From Selaginella moellendorffii (Eukaryota > Plantae > Lycopodiophyta): a DNA stretch of 61,727 nt. The first letter of the stretch is position 1. Every line of letters begins with the position of its first letter. The notes beneath the pieces are model-generated. The model did not search any database and was not told the DNA's origin. It saw only the letters and a program-made list of their open reading frames with translations. The stretch spans positions 17,302-79,028 of the forward strand of contig NW_003314457.1 in NCBI RefSeq assembly GCF_000143415.4, given 5' to 3'. Made by a program: the position numbers and the translations under genes. This document shows positions 47,311 to 59,931 of the stretch, in pieces.

Positions 47311-47819
47311 TCAACACCTCTTAGTCTAGTTAATTTCAACAGCTAGATCATATTCTTTTTAGAAGTTTATAAAAGCTTGATGCCATTGACATGGTTGTGG
47401 AGAACTTCCAGGAAGAAAAGAATTTCTGTCTTTGTCACTTTTGAAGGGCTTAATACCTTCAATATAGAATTGAGCCTAGCAATAGCAAGCTGGCTACATG
47501 GGTGAGCTAAGCTAAGCTTGGGTTTGGCTTAAGATCACATATCCTTAACCAAAACTAAGATAACGAGAAAATGATAGCCAAAACATAAAGATCACAAACA
47601 CCTATATTTTATGTTATTCCATTTACTTTGTTCTCTTTGAGATGTGAATGAAATACCACCAAAATAAATGCTCACTTCTCACTAGTCCCTTTATAAATTG
47701 CAATGGTGAATTAAAATGATTTCACTTGGTATAAATTATACCATCATAATCTACTTATTATTTTTATCTAATTATTTTATTCAAAAACTTAATATTAAAT
47801 ATGCAAACTAAGGGTTAAA

Positions 47820-49811
47820 GCGATCATTCTGGCCAGATCATTCTCTCCACCGGCGCCTCCGCTTTGCTCCAGGATCTCGCGGCTCATCGCTGGCCTGGAT
47901 CCTGGATCCTGGTGGATGCACCACAGCGCGATCTTGAGCGCCGCTCGCCGGGTTTGGATCGGCAATGCTCTCCAGCTCCGAGGTCATGTACTTGTGGAAG
48001 GCGTAGATCGGGAAATACCACTCGCCAGGCGGCGGCAGTGGCGCATTCTCGCATTCCTTGTCTCTGCCGCCCAGCTCCATGAGGGCCTTCCTCTTGCCGC
48101 GCAAGATATCCAGCAGGAGCATCCAAAGCTATAGACATCGGCCTTGGGGGTGATGGATTGGCTCTCGAGCCACTCTGGAGCGAGGTATCCCCTGGTTCCT
48201 TGCACGGTGGTGATGCTCATCGATTCTTTTCTCATCATCCTCGCCAGCCCAAATTTGGACACCTTTGGCCGGAGCTCTCGTCCTGCAGCACGTTTTGTGG
48301 CTTGATATCGATGCGCTCGCCACACTTCTCGTGGAGGTATGTCAATCCTTTGGCAATCCCCAGCGCGATTGAGTGTCGTGTCTCCCAGGTTGAGAAGATC
48401 TCTTGCGAGGCGGCGAATGAGGACGAGGCCGAGAGGTGGTGATCGAGAGAACTGTTTGCCATGAACTCGTAGACGAGAAGGTGGCGGTCTCCCTCGGCGC
48501 AGTAGCCGAGGAGGCGGAGCCAAGTTGACGTGGTGTACTCTTCCAATCGTGCTCACCTCGGCCTTGAATTGCTTCTCGGCCTGGTTCACGGTGGTGATGT
48601 TCTTCATGGCCATGTTTCCTCTATACACGCTCCCGAATCCTCCCGAGCCTAACTCTTCGAGCGACTTGATGGTCGAGTCAAAGTTGTAATCGTTAAAGTA
48701 GTAGTCTGCTCGATTCACGTGGACGAGCTTTACCGAGATTGGGGAGTTTTGACAAGCTCCCGGTATGTCGTAGTCACATCCCTTCGATTCGTCGTTTGGA
48801 TCAACTCGGTGAAAGCCAGGAGCACAGCTGCAAGTTTTTGTGGGCCTGTAGGTGCAGAGAACGAAAGGTCCACATGTTCCAAAGATGTCGCACTCGAGCA
48901 TGACGGCTTGCCAGACGACGCTCCAGGAGCCACTCTTGTTCTTCGGGCCGAAGCTGTAGATCCCGAGATTGCCATCGTCGTCCAGCGTAAGTCTCCTCAA
49001 CACATTCATAGTCAAGCGCGTAGTCTTGTGAACTCATTGATCCTGATGCCCAGCTCTTTCCAGTTGCGTCGTAAAAGGAAAGGACGCTCAAGTTCAAGAC
49101 GGCCGGGAACTTGAGAGAGCGATCAGGCTGGCAAACGTTGTTGTTCAAGACGTGCTCTCCGGTTTCGTCATCCAGGCAAGTCATGGTGGAGTTCAGTGTT
49201 GGATTTGCAATAGACCAGTACTTTTGCGGGATCTCCAGCTTTAAGTTCTTGAGCAGCACCTGACCACTGTTGAGAACAAGCTGGTATGCTCCAGACTGGG
49301 AAATCAACCTCGTGTATCCCAAGGACGGATTCCTTGCGTGCGGAGCTGCTGCTCGGGCAAAAGGTTGTTCGTTGGAGAGTCGAAGCTCTGCCATGCAACT
49401 TTCTTGTCTTTTCCAAGGACAACTAAGTTCCCGTTCTCGAGCAGCGAAGCACTTTCAGCACAACACTGTCCGGGATTGGTTTGCCACAAGGAGGACGGAG
49501 CTGCTCCCATCAGTGACGGAAAGTCCGCCCTCGGCTTTCAACTCAAGCTTGGCATTTTCACTCACCTGGACAAGCTGCCCGTTTGCCATTGCCATCCAGA
49601 CGACAGTCTTCTTCGGATCTATATCATACCAGATCGCGAGATTGAAGTTCCGGGTGCTTGAAGACTCAGGCATTACGAATCCAAATCCGAAGGTTCCTTC
49701 AGGTGATCTCCAAGGGCTTCCTGTTGTGACAGTGCTTCCGCGCAAGAAGTTGGCCAGGACTCTGCTGTAGTAAGTCGAAGAGAGCAGCAGCATGAGAGTA
49801 AGTAGCTTCAT
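47820..49811 (-). pseudogene. S-domain receptor kinase A (copy 3), frameshifted and internally deleted
   Basis: Homologous to 4570-7059; 459-nt deletion of PAN+TM near 48655, loss of VHC before DIKPQN, several frameshifts. Confidence 0.9.
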
Positions 49812-49859
49812 GAATGTTGTTTCTGACGTGGTTTCTCCAAAGGTTGCTCTCACTAAGTT

Positions 49860-50238
49860 TTTCTTCTTTTTTGCAGTTCTGTCGTTTTAAGCTATGTGAT
49901 TATTTCGTTGGAGTTAAGTTCCTGGATTGAATTGATCAAAGCCCAAGTCAATCGCTGTGAAAGTCATCTACTTTCAGGTTAACTTTGCTAAGGATACTCT
50001 TTCTAAGGATACTGCTATTATGTTAGAAACACAAGAAGTTCTTGTGAGGTATGATCACCTTTTTTCAATTGTTTTTAATGCCATGAATTCGTAGCAAAAA
50101 TCAGAAGGATATGAGAAATCATGGAGGATATCTTGTAGTTGACATCGACCAAGTCAAAATCAAATAGCTTTCAGAGTTCACTTTTTTCTAACTAGTGAGT
50201 TTCATTTGCAGGAGAAAGAACAAGAAGTTTTTGTCCTG
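49860..50238. promoter_or_regulatory. Copy 3 of the kinase A/B bidirectional promoter
   Basis: Matches 7105-7453; two W-boxes kept, the middle one changed to TTAACT. Confidence 0.68.
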
Positions 50239-50700
50239 ATGGTGGCAAAACTAATGACGCTAGTTCTACTGATGCTCCTGGTCCTGAATTGCAAGGGGAT
50301 TGGACTGGGAGACAAGCTTTAACAACACTTTTGCATTTGGATTCCGCACAAGCGATGGGATTGGTGAGCTCTTTACTCTCGCAATCTGGCTTCAAGCACA
50401 GGAACAGTAGTATGGGGGGCCACTGAAGCGCTCATCAAGAACGGTAGCATGACTGAGAAACCAAAGATCAAAGTAGGCAAACCTAGAGAGCTCGAGCTTA
50501 AAGGAACCGGACTCATCATTACAGACAACTCCATGACAATATGACCTATCCACTGTGAGAATTGTTCTATTGCCACCGCGTCCTTGGAAGAAACTTGCAA
50601 TTTTGTCCTGCTCGACCTTCCCAAGAGATACTCTCCTTCCTGAACAAGACCATGGAAATACGAGTTTGGTCGCTGGAAAATAACGGCTTAGCATGACCAG
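50239..50700 (+). pseudogene. 5' remnant of S-domain receptor kinase B (copy 3)
   Basis: Matches 7454-7980 with deletions and stops; ends in AT-rich sequence. Confidence 0.88.
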
Positions 50701-51048
50701 GCAGCTAACTCAAAAGCAATAAAGTATATCATTTATAAGATACCACTTTAAAAATCAGATTGAAATTAATATTTATCTTTTAAAGTTATTGGTAATTTAA
50801 TATAAGAAATATAAGAAAATAAAGAAATTGAATATCTAAAAAGTTAATATCTTGAGAGCAAGTACAATAGATCAAAATTTTATTGTAAACTCTTCAAAAT
50901 AAATAGATTAGAAAATGATAAAGTAGTTAGTATAAATTTATCAAAAACACTTCAGAATATCTCATTAATGATATAATTTAATTTTAAAATCTTTAAACTT
51001 AAATAGGAAAAACATTTACATTCAAAGTTATGTTTATTATAAAAGCTT

Positions 51049-54000
51049 TATCAAGGTTAAATGTACAACTACAATGCTGTATACTAATATTAGCGTGGTT
51101 GCACTCAAACCATTTTACCACTACAATGCTGTTCTTTGGAGACACGTAGGAAACTCACGCAAACATCGAGCATCATCCCAAGAATGATTTGTTGCAATCA
51201 CCGTAAAGTGATTGAACCAATAGTACACATCATCCTCAGGATGCCTATGAAAGAACTCCAGCCGAACATGAGGATTGGCACCAAGAACAAGAGGAGTTGT
51301 ACCATGTGTTGTGAATGCTGCCACCAATTGAGTTTTGTTGTTCAATTGCAATCACATGGCATCAAGCAATTGCACCAACTCTTGCTCCAAAGTCAGAGGA
51401 AGAGACTATTGCTTTACCATGAAAATGAATGAAAAGGAAAAAACAAAAAAAGTGAAATGAAAAGAAAACTAAAAGGAAAGGGATATTTAAATAATGGAAA
51501 AGCTAGATCTAAACCAAAATCCTGAAAGGAAAGAACAAAAGAAAGGAAATGGAAAAAACTAAATCTAAATGATGCAAAAGCTAAATCTAAACCAAAATCT
51601 AAACCAAAATCCCAAATCTAAACACTCCTCAAGGATAATGAAAAATGCCCCTCACCTCCACTAATGTGAGTATGCTTGGAATATGGGATTTTAGTAGCTA
51701 TTGAATTGGTTTCAATCCAGACCACTCACTCCTATATATAAACTAGAGTTTTTGGGCTAATTGATATACACATTTTCTATATTCCCTTTCTTCTCCTGGA
51801 TGTCTTCAAATGTACATTCAGACATGCTGACAATTGTGATGATGCCTTCCAGCAATTGCATCATCTTCGTCAAAAGCCATCTGAGTTAGTGATGCAATTT
51901 GAAATTCATTTCTGAAACCTCTTGCTTCCTACGGAGCCAAATATGTCGGAGCAGATCAAGCTAGGAATGTTGTGGCCAGCACTTTGTCAAGATTTTGTCG
52001 GACTTGTGCATGCACTTGTTCCAGCCACCCTTGACGATGCTCTTCACTTGGCACAACATTATGAAATATAACCTTTTCCACTTTTCGCTACCTGTCCTTC
52101 TGCTCCACTTCTTGTGGGGCTATAACGTTTGCTGTTGGGCATGTGATGAAGCTAGTCACACTTATTGGCATTGTCGATGTTTTCTGGATTAGCGACCTCC
52201 ATTTCCTAGGTGGAGACCTTGGAGTCAACAACGTCCTGTTAGTGCTACTGTAGTGGAAGGTTTGGACACCGAGATGTATCCAAGAAACAAGGAGTCACAT
52301 GAATAACAGAGGGACCTTGCGTGAATAAATCAATGACCCCTCTATCTTTCTTTCGGGAGTATCATCAAGGGGTTCATTCAGCACCAGTTCATTTAGTGTT
52401 TACTTTCCAAACTCGTTTTTATAACAAACGGTCTTCTATTATTCTCTTTGTGTTGGTTGATATAGGTTTGAGTTTATCTTCTATTGCTCGACCTGTTGCC
52501 ATATGTTGCTATCTACACTTGCATCGTGTAGTGGAACCAATTTTCATTCTTTATGGCAACGGCCGTACATATGCATGTGCATGGGATGAGGCAGACCTAG
52601 TTGTACATGTGGGCGATCTTAAGCTTGAGTTGCAGTCATTGCGGTGCCAAATCAAGCTTTTGACCTCATCCTTGGTATAAATTGGTTGCAGCGCAATCAT
52701 GCCAAGTGTGATTTTGAGGCTTCTCCCCTTTATTTTATACTTCCTTATGTTTCATCCATTCCTCTTACTTCCGTACCTCTTCGTCTCTTTACTTTTACCT
52801 CTGCTTCCATTACTTTTGTCCCCCCACTATTTCCTCCTATATTTCCATCTTGTTTTGCTCTTCCCTTTTCCGATCCCTCTGACAATCTTTGTGTTGTAGC
52901 GGTTGACCGGCTCATGAAGGAGTATTTTGATCTCTTTGAATTTGACATATCGTTTGGGGCCAAAATTTGTATGAGTTCTTGGTGATGCTATTTCGTTTAA
53001 ACAATGCTCCAGCAATATTCCAACGGATGATGGACGAGGTTCTTTGTGATATGTTGAAGGTGACTGCTGACTTTATTGATGATGTCTTGATCCACTCGGA
53101 GGGGACATGGGAGGAGCATATTCGTGATGTTTGTAAAGTGTTGGCTCGACTACGGGATGTTGGTTTAAAGATAAAGCAGTCGAAGTGTATGTTTGGGTCC
53201 AAGGACACAATTTATCTTGGTTATTGTATTTCTCGTGAGGGTTTGCAAATTGATCTTGACAAACTTGTGGCTATTCTAAAGTTCCCTACTCCAAAGTGTG
53301 TGAATGTCAATGTATCACAAAATTATCTTAGAGGAATAATGCAAGTTATATTGAGCACTTGCTATATATGGGTAGACATATGAAGAGGCATATAGCACCA
53401 CCAAAAGAATATATATATATATTAAATATTATTTATCTATATAAGGGAAGTAGAAGTAGTAGTGGCATATTAAAAATCCTTATAAATTATCCCACTTGGA
53501 GATGTGTAGCACTTCTTGGGCAAGGTGCAATATCTCTATCGTTTTGTTGATTATCTTTCTGATCACACTGCACTATTGTGAGCGTTATTGAAGTCATCAA
53601 CATCATCTTTCATCTGATCTCTCAATTGTGAATAAGCATTCGTGGATCTCAAAGAGCTATTAACGACTCCTCCAGTTTTGGCATATCCTGACTACACTTG
53701 ACCTTTTATTTTGCACATGGATGCTTTTGACATTGGTCTTGGAGGTGTGTTGATGCAAGAGAGCCTGAGTATGCTTGGTTAGTGCCATCCTATTGTGTAT
53801 ATAAATTATACATTACAACCAACAGAAGTGAACTACTCCATGACAAAGAAGGAGTGTTTAGCAGCAGTCTGGGGTTTCGAGAGACTTCATGTATATCTAC
53901 ATGGTTCTCAGACATTACTTGAACATGACCATATTGTTGTTACTTCATTATTGAAATGGAAGAACTTGGTTAGTCGTATTGCTTGATGGGCTTTAAAGCT

Positions 54001-55770
54001 TCAGATATATGATTTTGATATTATTCATCGCCTAGGGAGTTCTATAGCTGATGCTAATGCCCTTTCTTGAGCCCCTCTTCCTTCTCCACTCTCTTCTCAT
54101 ATTTCTGATAAGCTTGTTATTCTAGCATTTGTGGATTTTCTAAATGAGAATTCTGTATTGTCAACAGTTGTTGTACTTGACTTTTAGTGTTTACAAGATG
54201 TAGAACAAGATCTACCTTTTTTTGATGAGGTCCGCGAGGCTCAAAAGATTGAGCCGTGGATTCAAAGGCTTTGAGATGGGTTTGAAAATCTTGCATCACT
54301 TGCTAATGACTTGCCATTCTAGCATTTAGATTCTCAATATCGCCTTGAAGATGGCTTTTTTTATTTTGTGGGGATAGATCTTGATGATCCTTTATGGTTG
54401 GTGGTGCCTTTCGTCTTTATTCCACTGTTTCTCTATGCTTACTATGATTCTCTTATTCTGGGCGGGCATATGGGATATTGTTGTGTGACCAAGAAGCTGT
54501 ATAGATTTTTCTATTGGCTGGAAATGCAACATGATGTTATCCAGTATGTGTGTAGTTGCGTTTGGTGCTAAGTTTGTAATACTCCCCCTCGTGTTGTAAA
54601 AGAACAGTTGGAGTCAATTGTAATTTCCCGTTTGTTTGAGTTTTTGGCGTTTGATCATATGGGACCTTTTTCCACAATCAACTACTAGCAATGAATATGT
54701 TATTATTGTTTTTGACTATTTGACTCGTTGGGTAGAAGTTAGTGCTCTTGTTAGCGCCTTTGCAACTACTGTTGGATACTTCCTCCTCAATCAAGTGGTG
54801 TTCTAGCATTCTTGTCCAAAGCAAATTCTTTTGGATAATGGTCCCGCATTTATGGCTGAGGCATTTTATGTTTTGACGTCTCGATTGGGGATATGCCACA
54901 CTTTCACAAGTGTTTATCATTTACAATCAAACGATCTGGAGGAATGACTCGTTTAGATGTTCAAAGGGATGATCATGAGGTATGTGAACTTTTAGCATTT
55001 AGATTGGGATGGTTATTTGCCATTTCTTCGATATGCGTATGTCACAGGGTGCAAAGTTCTATTGGTGTTTCACCATATAAACTCTTATATGGTTATGATT
55101 CAATATTACTAACAGAGCTAGGTTTACCTTTGCGATTACCACGAGTTGCCAATGCTAAGTAGTGGGATTAGTATTTGATGAGCATTCTTCCACTTGTCCG
55201 AGCAGAGTCTGCCGAACACTTAGGCCACGTACAAATGGGACAACAACGGCGCTACAATTCCCATCATCGTTCACCTGTCAAGTAAAAAGTGGATGACTTG
55301 GTGTTAGTCCATTTTCCCCATTTTACGGTATATGGTTTATTTAAGGGGCTCCTTGCTTAGTGAAAAGGACCGTATCAGGTATTGCGGCAAGTTGGACCAC
55401 AAGTTTATAAGGTTTAGCATGACGTTTAGTAAGTCGATCCTCTAGAAATTATATATGTACAGCAATTGAAACACTTCATACAAAGGGATTAGGAACAATT
55501 GATACCACTTAAAGATCTACCGATGCCTCCTTTTAATGTTCCTCTAAATCCCGGCCCATCTATAAGAGAACCCTAATGGTCTTTCATTATTTTGAGAGGA
55601 GGGAATGATGTGAGGGCCAAGTGTACGGTTACGATGCCGTATATTGAGATTTTGGTAGTCGTTAAATTGGTTTCAATTCGGACTACTTGCTCCTATATAT
55701 AAATTAAGGTTTTTGGGCTAATTGATATACACATTTTTTGTATTCTCTTTTCATATTCTAAGCACTCACA
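51049..55770 (+). mobile_element. Short-LTR Ty3/gypsy element (copy 3) with scrambled 5' end
   Basis: Colinear with 22301-28212; RT NNAPAIFQRMMD..FIDD, RNase H KKECLAAVW, integrase relics; PPT and 3' LTR 55609-55770; inverted segment 51095-51686; AT-rich insertion about 53307-53497. Confidence 0.9.
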
Positions 55771-57156
55771 TTGGCTCTAATTTTCATATTTATTTCTTTT
55801 TACTTGATTATTCAAGATAATTAATTCTTAATATAAAACTTAGATAAACTATTTCAATACAGTGAATAGAAAATAGTTTTAATCTTCTATGGCAGTTTTT
55901 TTATCATAGTTTTCTTTTATAAAAAATATAATTAATTAATATTCTAGCTTTATTTCTTAAAGTATAGAATTATAAAATTATATATTCATGTGATGTTACT
56001 TAAAATAATTTAAAACGAATTTTTAATTAAACAATCTAGAGTTATAACTAGAGTTATATCCATGATTTAATAAAGTAAAATTAGATAATTAATACTGATT
56101 TCAATTTAAATAAATTATACTAAATTTCTATTTTTATTTATGAAATTATTTAAATTTAATATATTAAATCCTAATGAGAAATTCAATTTAGTTAATCATC
56201 TTAAAAGAACTACATCTTGGTCTTCATATAATTTATATACTTTTTCAGCCTTTGTAATCTCCTTTTCTTATGATAAATTTTATATTAACGTTAGTTAAAT
56301 TACTCTAACTACAATATCTTAAAAACTATAGTTTATAAGGTCTTATTCCACATCTACATTCAATTTCAATCTTCTATTGTGTTCAGTCCATCTTTTATAT
56401 ATTAAGTATATATAGAACAATATATTTTCTTTTATTATAAATATTCTTGAACTAATAAATTTAAGTGCTTACTTTTATAAAAATTTAAAAGTTTACTCAA
56501 TTCATTAAACATGTTTTTCTTTTTTCAGTTGTAAAGATCTTAATAATTAGTCTTGGTTAGAATATTGTAACATTTCTATTCTTTTATTTGATCAAATTTC
56601 AGGCGTTTTTGGACCTCATTTTGCCATCACAATAACAACAGTTTATTATAGAAGGATTTTGGGAGATTGTTACTTTTCAGGGTGCTAAATCTGAGGTACA
56701 ATCAATTAAAAGAGCAAGGGTTTGTGTTGACAGAATTAAATCAAACTGGTTTCTCACACATAGCAGGTAACCTCTCCAAAGTTGCTACATGGACAGAACA
56801 AGAAGCCTTTGACACAAGTAAAAGTGTGCAAGATCAAGCATGCAGGAGGAGCGTTGTGGCCAGTTCTAGACTTGCTGTGGATGTAGAAAGAAATTGAGGA
56901 CAGACAACCAATTTTGAATCCTACCATAGCTAATGATGAAAGGTATTGAGAGGTCCTGAAGTTCTAGAGCTAGAGCACAACATTAACATTGCGAGTTCAC
57001 CACCCAAGCTTACCACCAGGTGGAACGCACCTCGAGCAGCTTGAATAACCAAAAACCACAAATCAGCAATCCATGCCAGCTTGAAAAATAAAAAATCGGC
57101 AAACTGTTCAAACTATATACAGTATTTATTAGTATAATTTGCTGTGATTCGAGCTG

Positions 57157-58713
57157 CTAATTATTGTCTTGTTTGTTATCCGGAAGAATCTGCGTCGGCC
57201 GTCCGTAAAATCCTCTCCTCGAGTACTCTCTCCATCTTCGTGCTGCTGCAGCCGCTCGGTTGCGCTTCTCCCCAGCTTGTTTTTCCCATTCTTCTGTTAT
57301 GCCACACTCAGTTTGATAGATGCGATGAGAGAGGAAGGGCTAGAATGCGAGACTTGCCTGGTCTTGTTCCCATGGTTTGGTTCCACATACCCTGCCACCA
57401 AGGATGCATGGAGCTATTCCGGGCGTTCGCAGCTCTATTCATTGCACGAATCTGCAGTGAGAAGAGAAGATGGTTAACTCATTTGGACAAAATGTAGGGA
57501 GAGTACCCGGGCTTTTGCTTGCTTCTTCTCCCACCTCGTACTGGCCTGGCAAGAGAAAACATTTCTGTGTGCTCGATTTTGCCTCAAAATGTAGAGAGCT
57601 TACCGTTGCAAAAACGTCTGCGGATTGATAACCCATGCCTGAAAGCATGACGCCAACCTGTGAGAGCTCAGTTAATCACGAAGTTATAGATAGCCGGCCA
57701 GCCACTTACACTCACGCGCTCCACTCTCCGCATTTCATCCTCTAAAAGAGCGAGCTGAGGAGCAGAAACCCAGTGGATACAGTCCACGGGGCTTTGGAAA
57801 CAGTTCGCGTTAGCTAGAAATGAAGCTAGACACCAGCAAAACTTACAAGAGAATAGGCAACGAAGTTACCAGGATTCTATAGCAATCTGTGAAAGCGATG
57901 CGTCGCCAGATTGCGAAACAACTCGTGCTCTTCCGTGTTCTTCCTCAATTGCGAACGTACAAGGCGCTGTATTCACACAGTTCTTACATCCTATCCTTCG
58001 AGACACGACTATACATTAGAAAATGAAAGAGAGAGAACACAAAAGCTTGATACGTACCGATGCATGAAACCTCGTCCACAAACACTCGATCCTTGGTACA
58101 CGTAACACTCAAGAAAGGGTTCTTTGAAGTCAGGGCGTAGCCATTTATCTCGTCATACACCATCCTCTGCTCCGGATCACTCAGCACCTATCACACACCA
58201 ATTCTTTTCATTGTGAGCTGAGAAAGAACACACACAAAAAAAAAGAACGTTTTTACCTCGTACACTTCATTCACAAACATACAAAAATTTGTAGCTCCAG
58301 AGTCATCTCCAATCAAATCGGGATGGCATTCTTTCATACAGGAGTAGTAAGCCTTTCTAATGTCCTCGGACGTAGCATCGGGCTCCTAGAAAAGAATGAA
58401 CAAATGAAAGCAAGGAACTGAAAACATAAAAAGGAACAACAAAGAACCATACCAATCCTAGAACCGAGTAGTAGTCCTCTTCAGGCGCCTCGGTCCCAAT
58501 GGAAGAGCTATCGTCCACTGTTGCTCTTGCTGCCACCGAACGACTATAATTTCTATAAGATCGGAGCTTCCTTTCAAATACCGAGGAAGAACATTCTCTA
58601 ACAGCTCTCCCTAAATCTCGTCCAATTACACTATTCGAATGATCTACAGCAAGAATTGTCTTTCTCCTTGGATCTAGCGCCGACACGCAGCGATTGACAG
58701 CCGCGGCAGCCAT
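57157..58713 (-). CDS. Chloroplast J-domain + ferredoxin (4Fe-4S) co-chaperone, DJC77/DJC76-type, multi-exon
   Basis: Transit-like N-terminus, DYYSVLGL, IRKAYYSCMKECHPD, VLSDPEQRMVYD, FVDEVSCIGCKNC, CPVDCIHW, RAAAAARRWREYSRRG; last intron 57294-57357 is GC-AG. Confidence 0.9.
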
Positions 58714-58860
58714 TTCTTTGATCGGTCTAGCTGCTATAGCGCATAGAAAATGAATCTCTAGAGCTTGCCTGGCGCCATGGCCTCGTCTTACCTAGCCTAG
58801 AAATATTCTCGCAACGAGAACGAAATTTTTGTGTGCGTGGAGAGCACACTCAAAGTATCT

Positions 58861-58955
58861 CCACGCACGCGTCGCCACGTGGACGTAAGCCACGTGTCAG
58901 ATACGTGGATTTATCTAGGGCACAGCATTTGGTATATTCTTGGGACACGTCACGG
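58861..58955. promoter_or_regulatory. G-box/ABRE cluster in a short bidirectional promoter
   Basis: CACGTG at 58876 and 58891, TACGTG at 58902, further ACGT cores and ACGCGTC, between ATGs 277 bp apart. Confidence 0.7.
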
Positions 58956-58990
58956 AGTTTAAAAACTTTGCCAATGCGGATATAGTGGCC

Positions 58991-59743
58991 ATGGCGGCAA
59001 TGGCTTGTATTTCCCTCGCCACTCTCCCGAGGTCGTCTAAGGCTAGGGTTTTCGCGGCGGCAGGAAGAGGAGGATCGATCGCCTCCGCATCCACAGCTAC
59101 ATGCGGTAGGCGCCAGGCACTAGCGCTGCTAGCGCTTACGTCGTCCACGGCCTTTGGATCGAATTCGAAGGCGGCATTCTCTCTCGATTCCCCGGTGGCG
59201 GCAGCGGCGGAAGAGGGATCCTCGCCGTTTGAGACGTATTACGGCACAGCCGCGAGCGCGTCCAGCTATGGCGGCTATGGCGGGAATGCGAGCAAGAAGG
59301 ACTCGGCCGAGTATATCTTCGAGGTGCCCCAGGGATGGAAGGAGCGCCTCATCTCCAAGGTCGAGAAGGGCACGAATGGGACCGACTCGGAGTTTTACAA
59401 CCCACGCAGGAAAGGTGAGAAGACTTACCTCACATACTTGGCAGGATTTCGCAAGCTCGCCAACCGAGACAACGTCCTCAACGATCTCTCCCTCTCGGAC
59501 GTGAGCTTGCAAGACGATATCTCCCAGGCCGATAGCATCAAGGCCTCGGACAAGCAAAACGATTCCGGCCAGCTCTACTACGAGTATGAGATCCAGGGGC
59601 CGGTGGCTCACAGCCTCATCTTCGTTACGTGCGCCAAGAACAAGCTCTACGCCCACTACGTGAGAGCTCCCACGCAGGACTGGACGAGAGACGAGCCCAT
59701 GCTAAGGCACGTTCATGAATCCTTCATGACTGTGGGAGCGTGA
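58991..59743 (+). CDS. TL19: Thylakoid lumenal 19 kDa protein (PsbP-domain family), intronless
   Basis: Twin-arginine RRQALALL; TYYGTAASA..YGGYGGN, VPQGWKERLISKVEKGTNGTDSEFYNP, LYAHYV.AP...W.RD. Confidence 0.9.
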   Translation: MAAMACISLATLPRSSKARVFAAAGRGGSIASASTATCGRRQALALLALTSSTAFGSNSKAAFSLDSPVAAAAEEGSSPFETYYGTAASASSYGGYGGNASKKDSAEYIFEVPQGWKERLISKVEKGTNGTDSEFYNPRRKGEKTYLTYLAGFRKLANRDNVLNDLSLSDVSLQDDISQADSIKASDKQNDSGQLYYEYEIQGPVAHSLIFVTCAKNKLYAHYVRAPTQDWTRDEPMLRHVHESFMTVGA

Positions 59744-59931
59744 AAGGTTACCAGGTGTGGTTTTCATGGTTTTTTCAGAAAGTTTGATTTTCCTTATGCA
59801 AGTGGTTTTGATCCACGATCATACGGCTCTTGTCATTGTATAGTTATGGTTTTACATACAGTTAGAAGTTGTTCTTACGCCCACTTCCTATTCACAAGAC
59901 AAAAAGTTCGCCAGGATGAAGAAAAAGTCGC

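Larger units (their letters stand above)
45640..50700 (+). repeat. Segmental duplicate of about 2281-7980 (extensin gene, spacer, kinase A, promoter, 5' part of kinase B)
   Basis: Colinear direct-orientation similarity across coding and non-coding sequence, including the (AAT)n tract and the hairpin. Confidence 0.92.

Noticed and set aside
55771-56600. Very AT-rich block (also 50700-51048), possible Helitron or MITE debris
   Set aside because: No termini, TSD or hairpin identified
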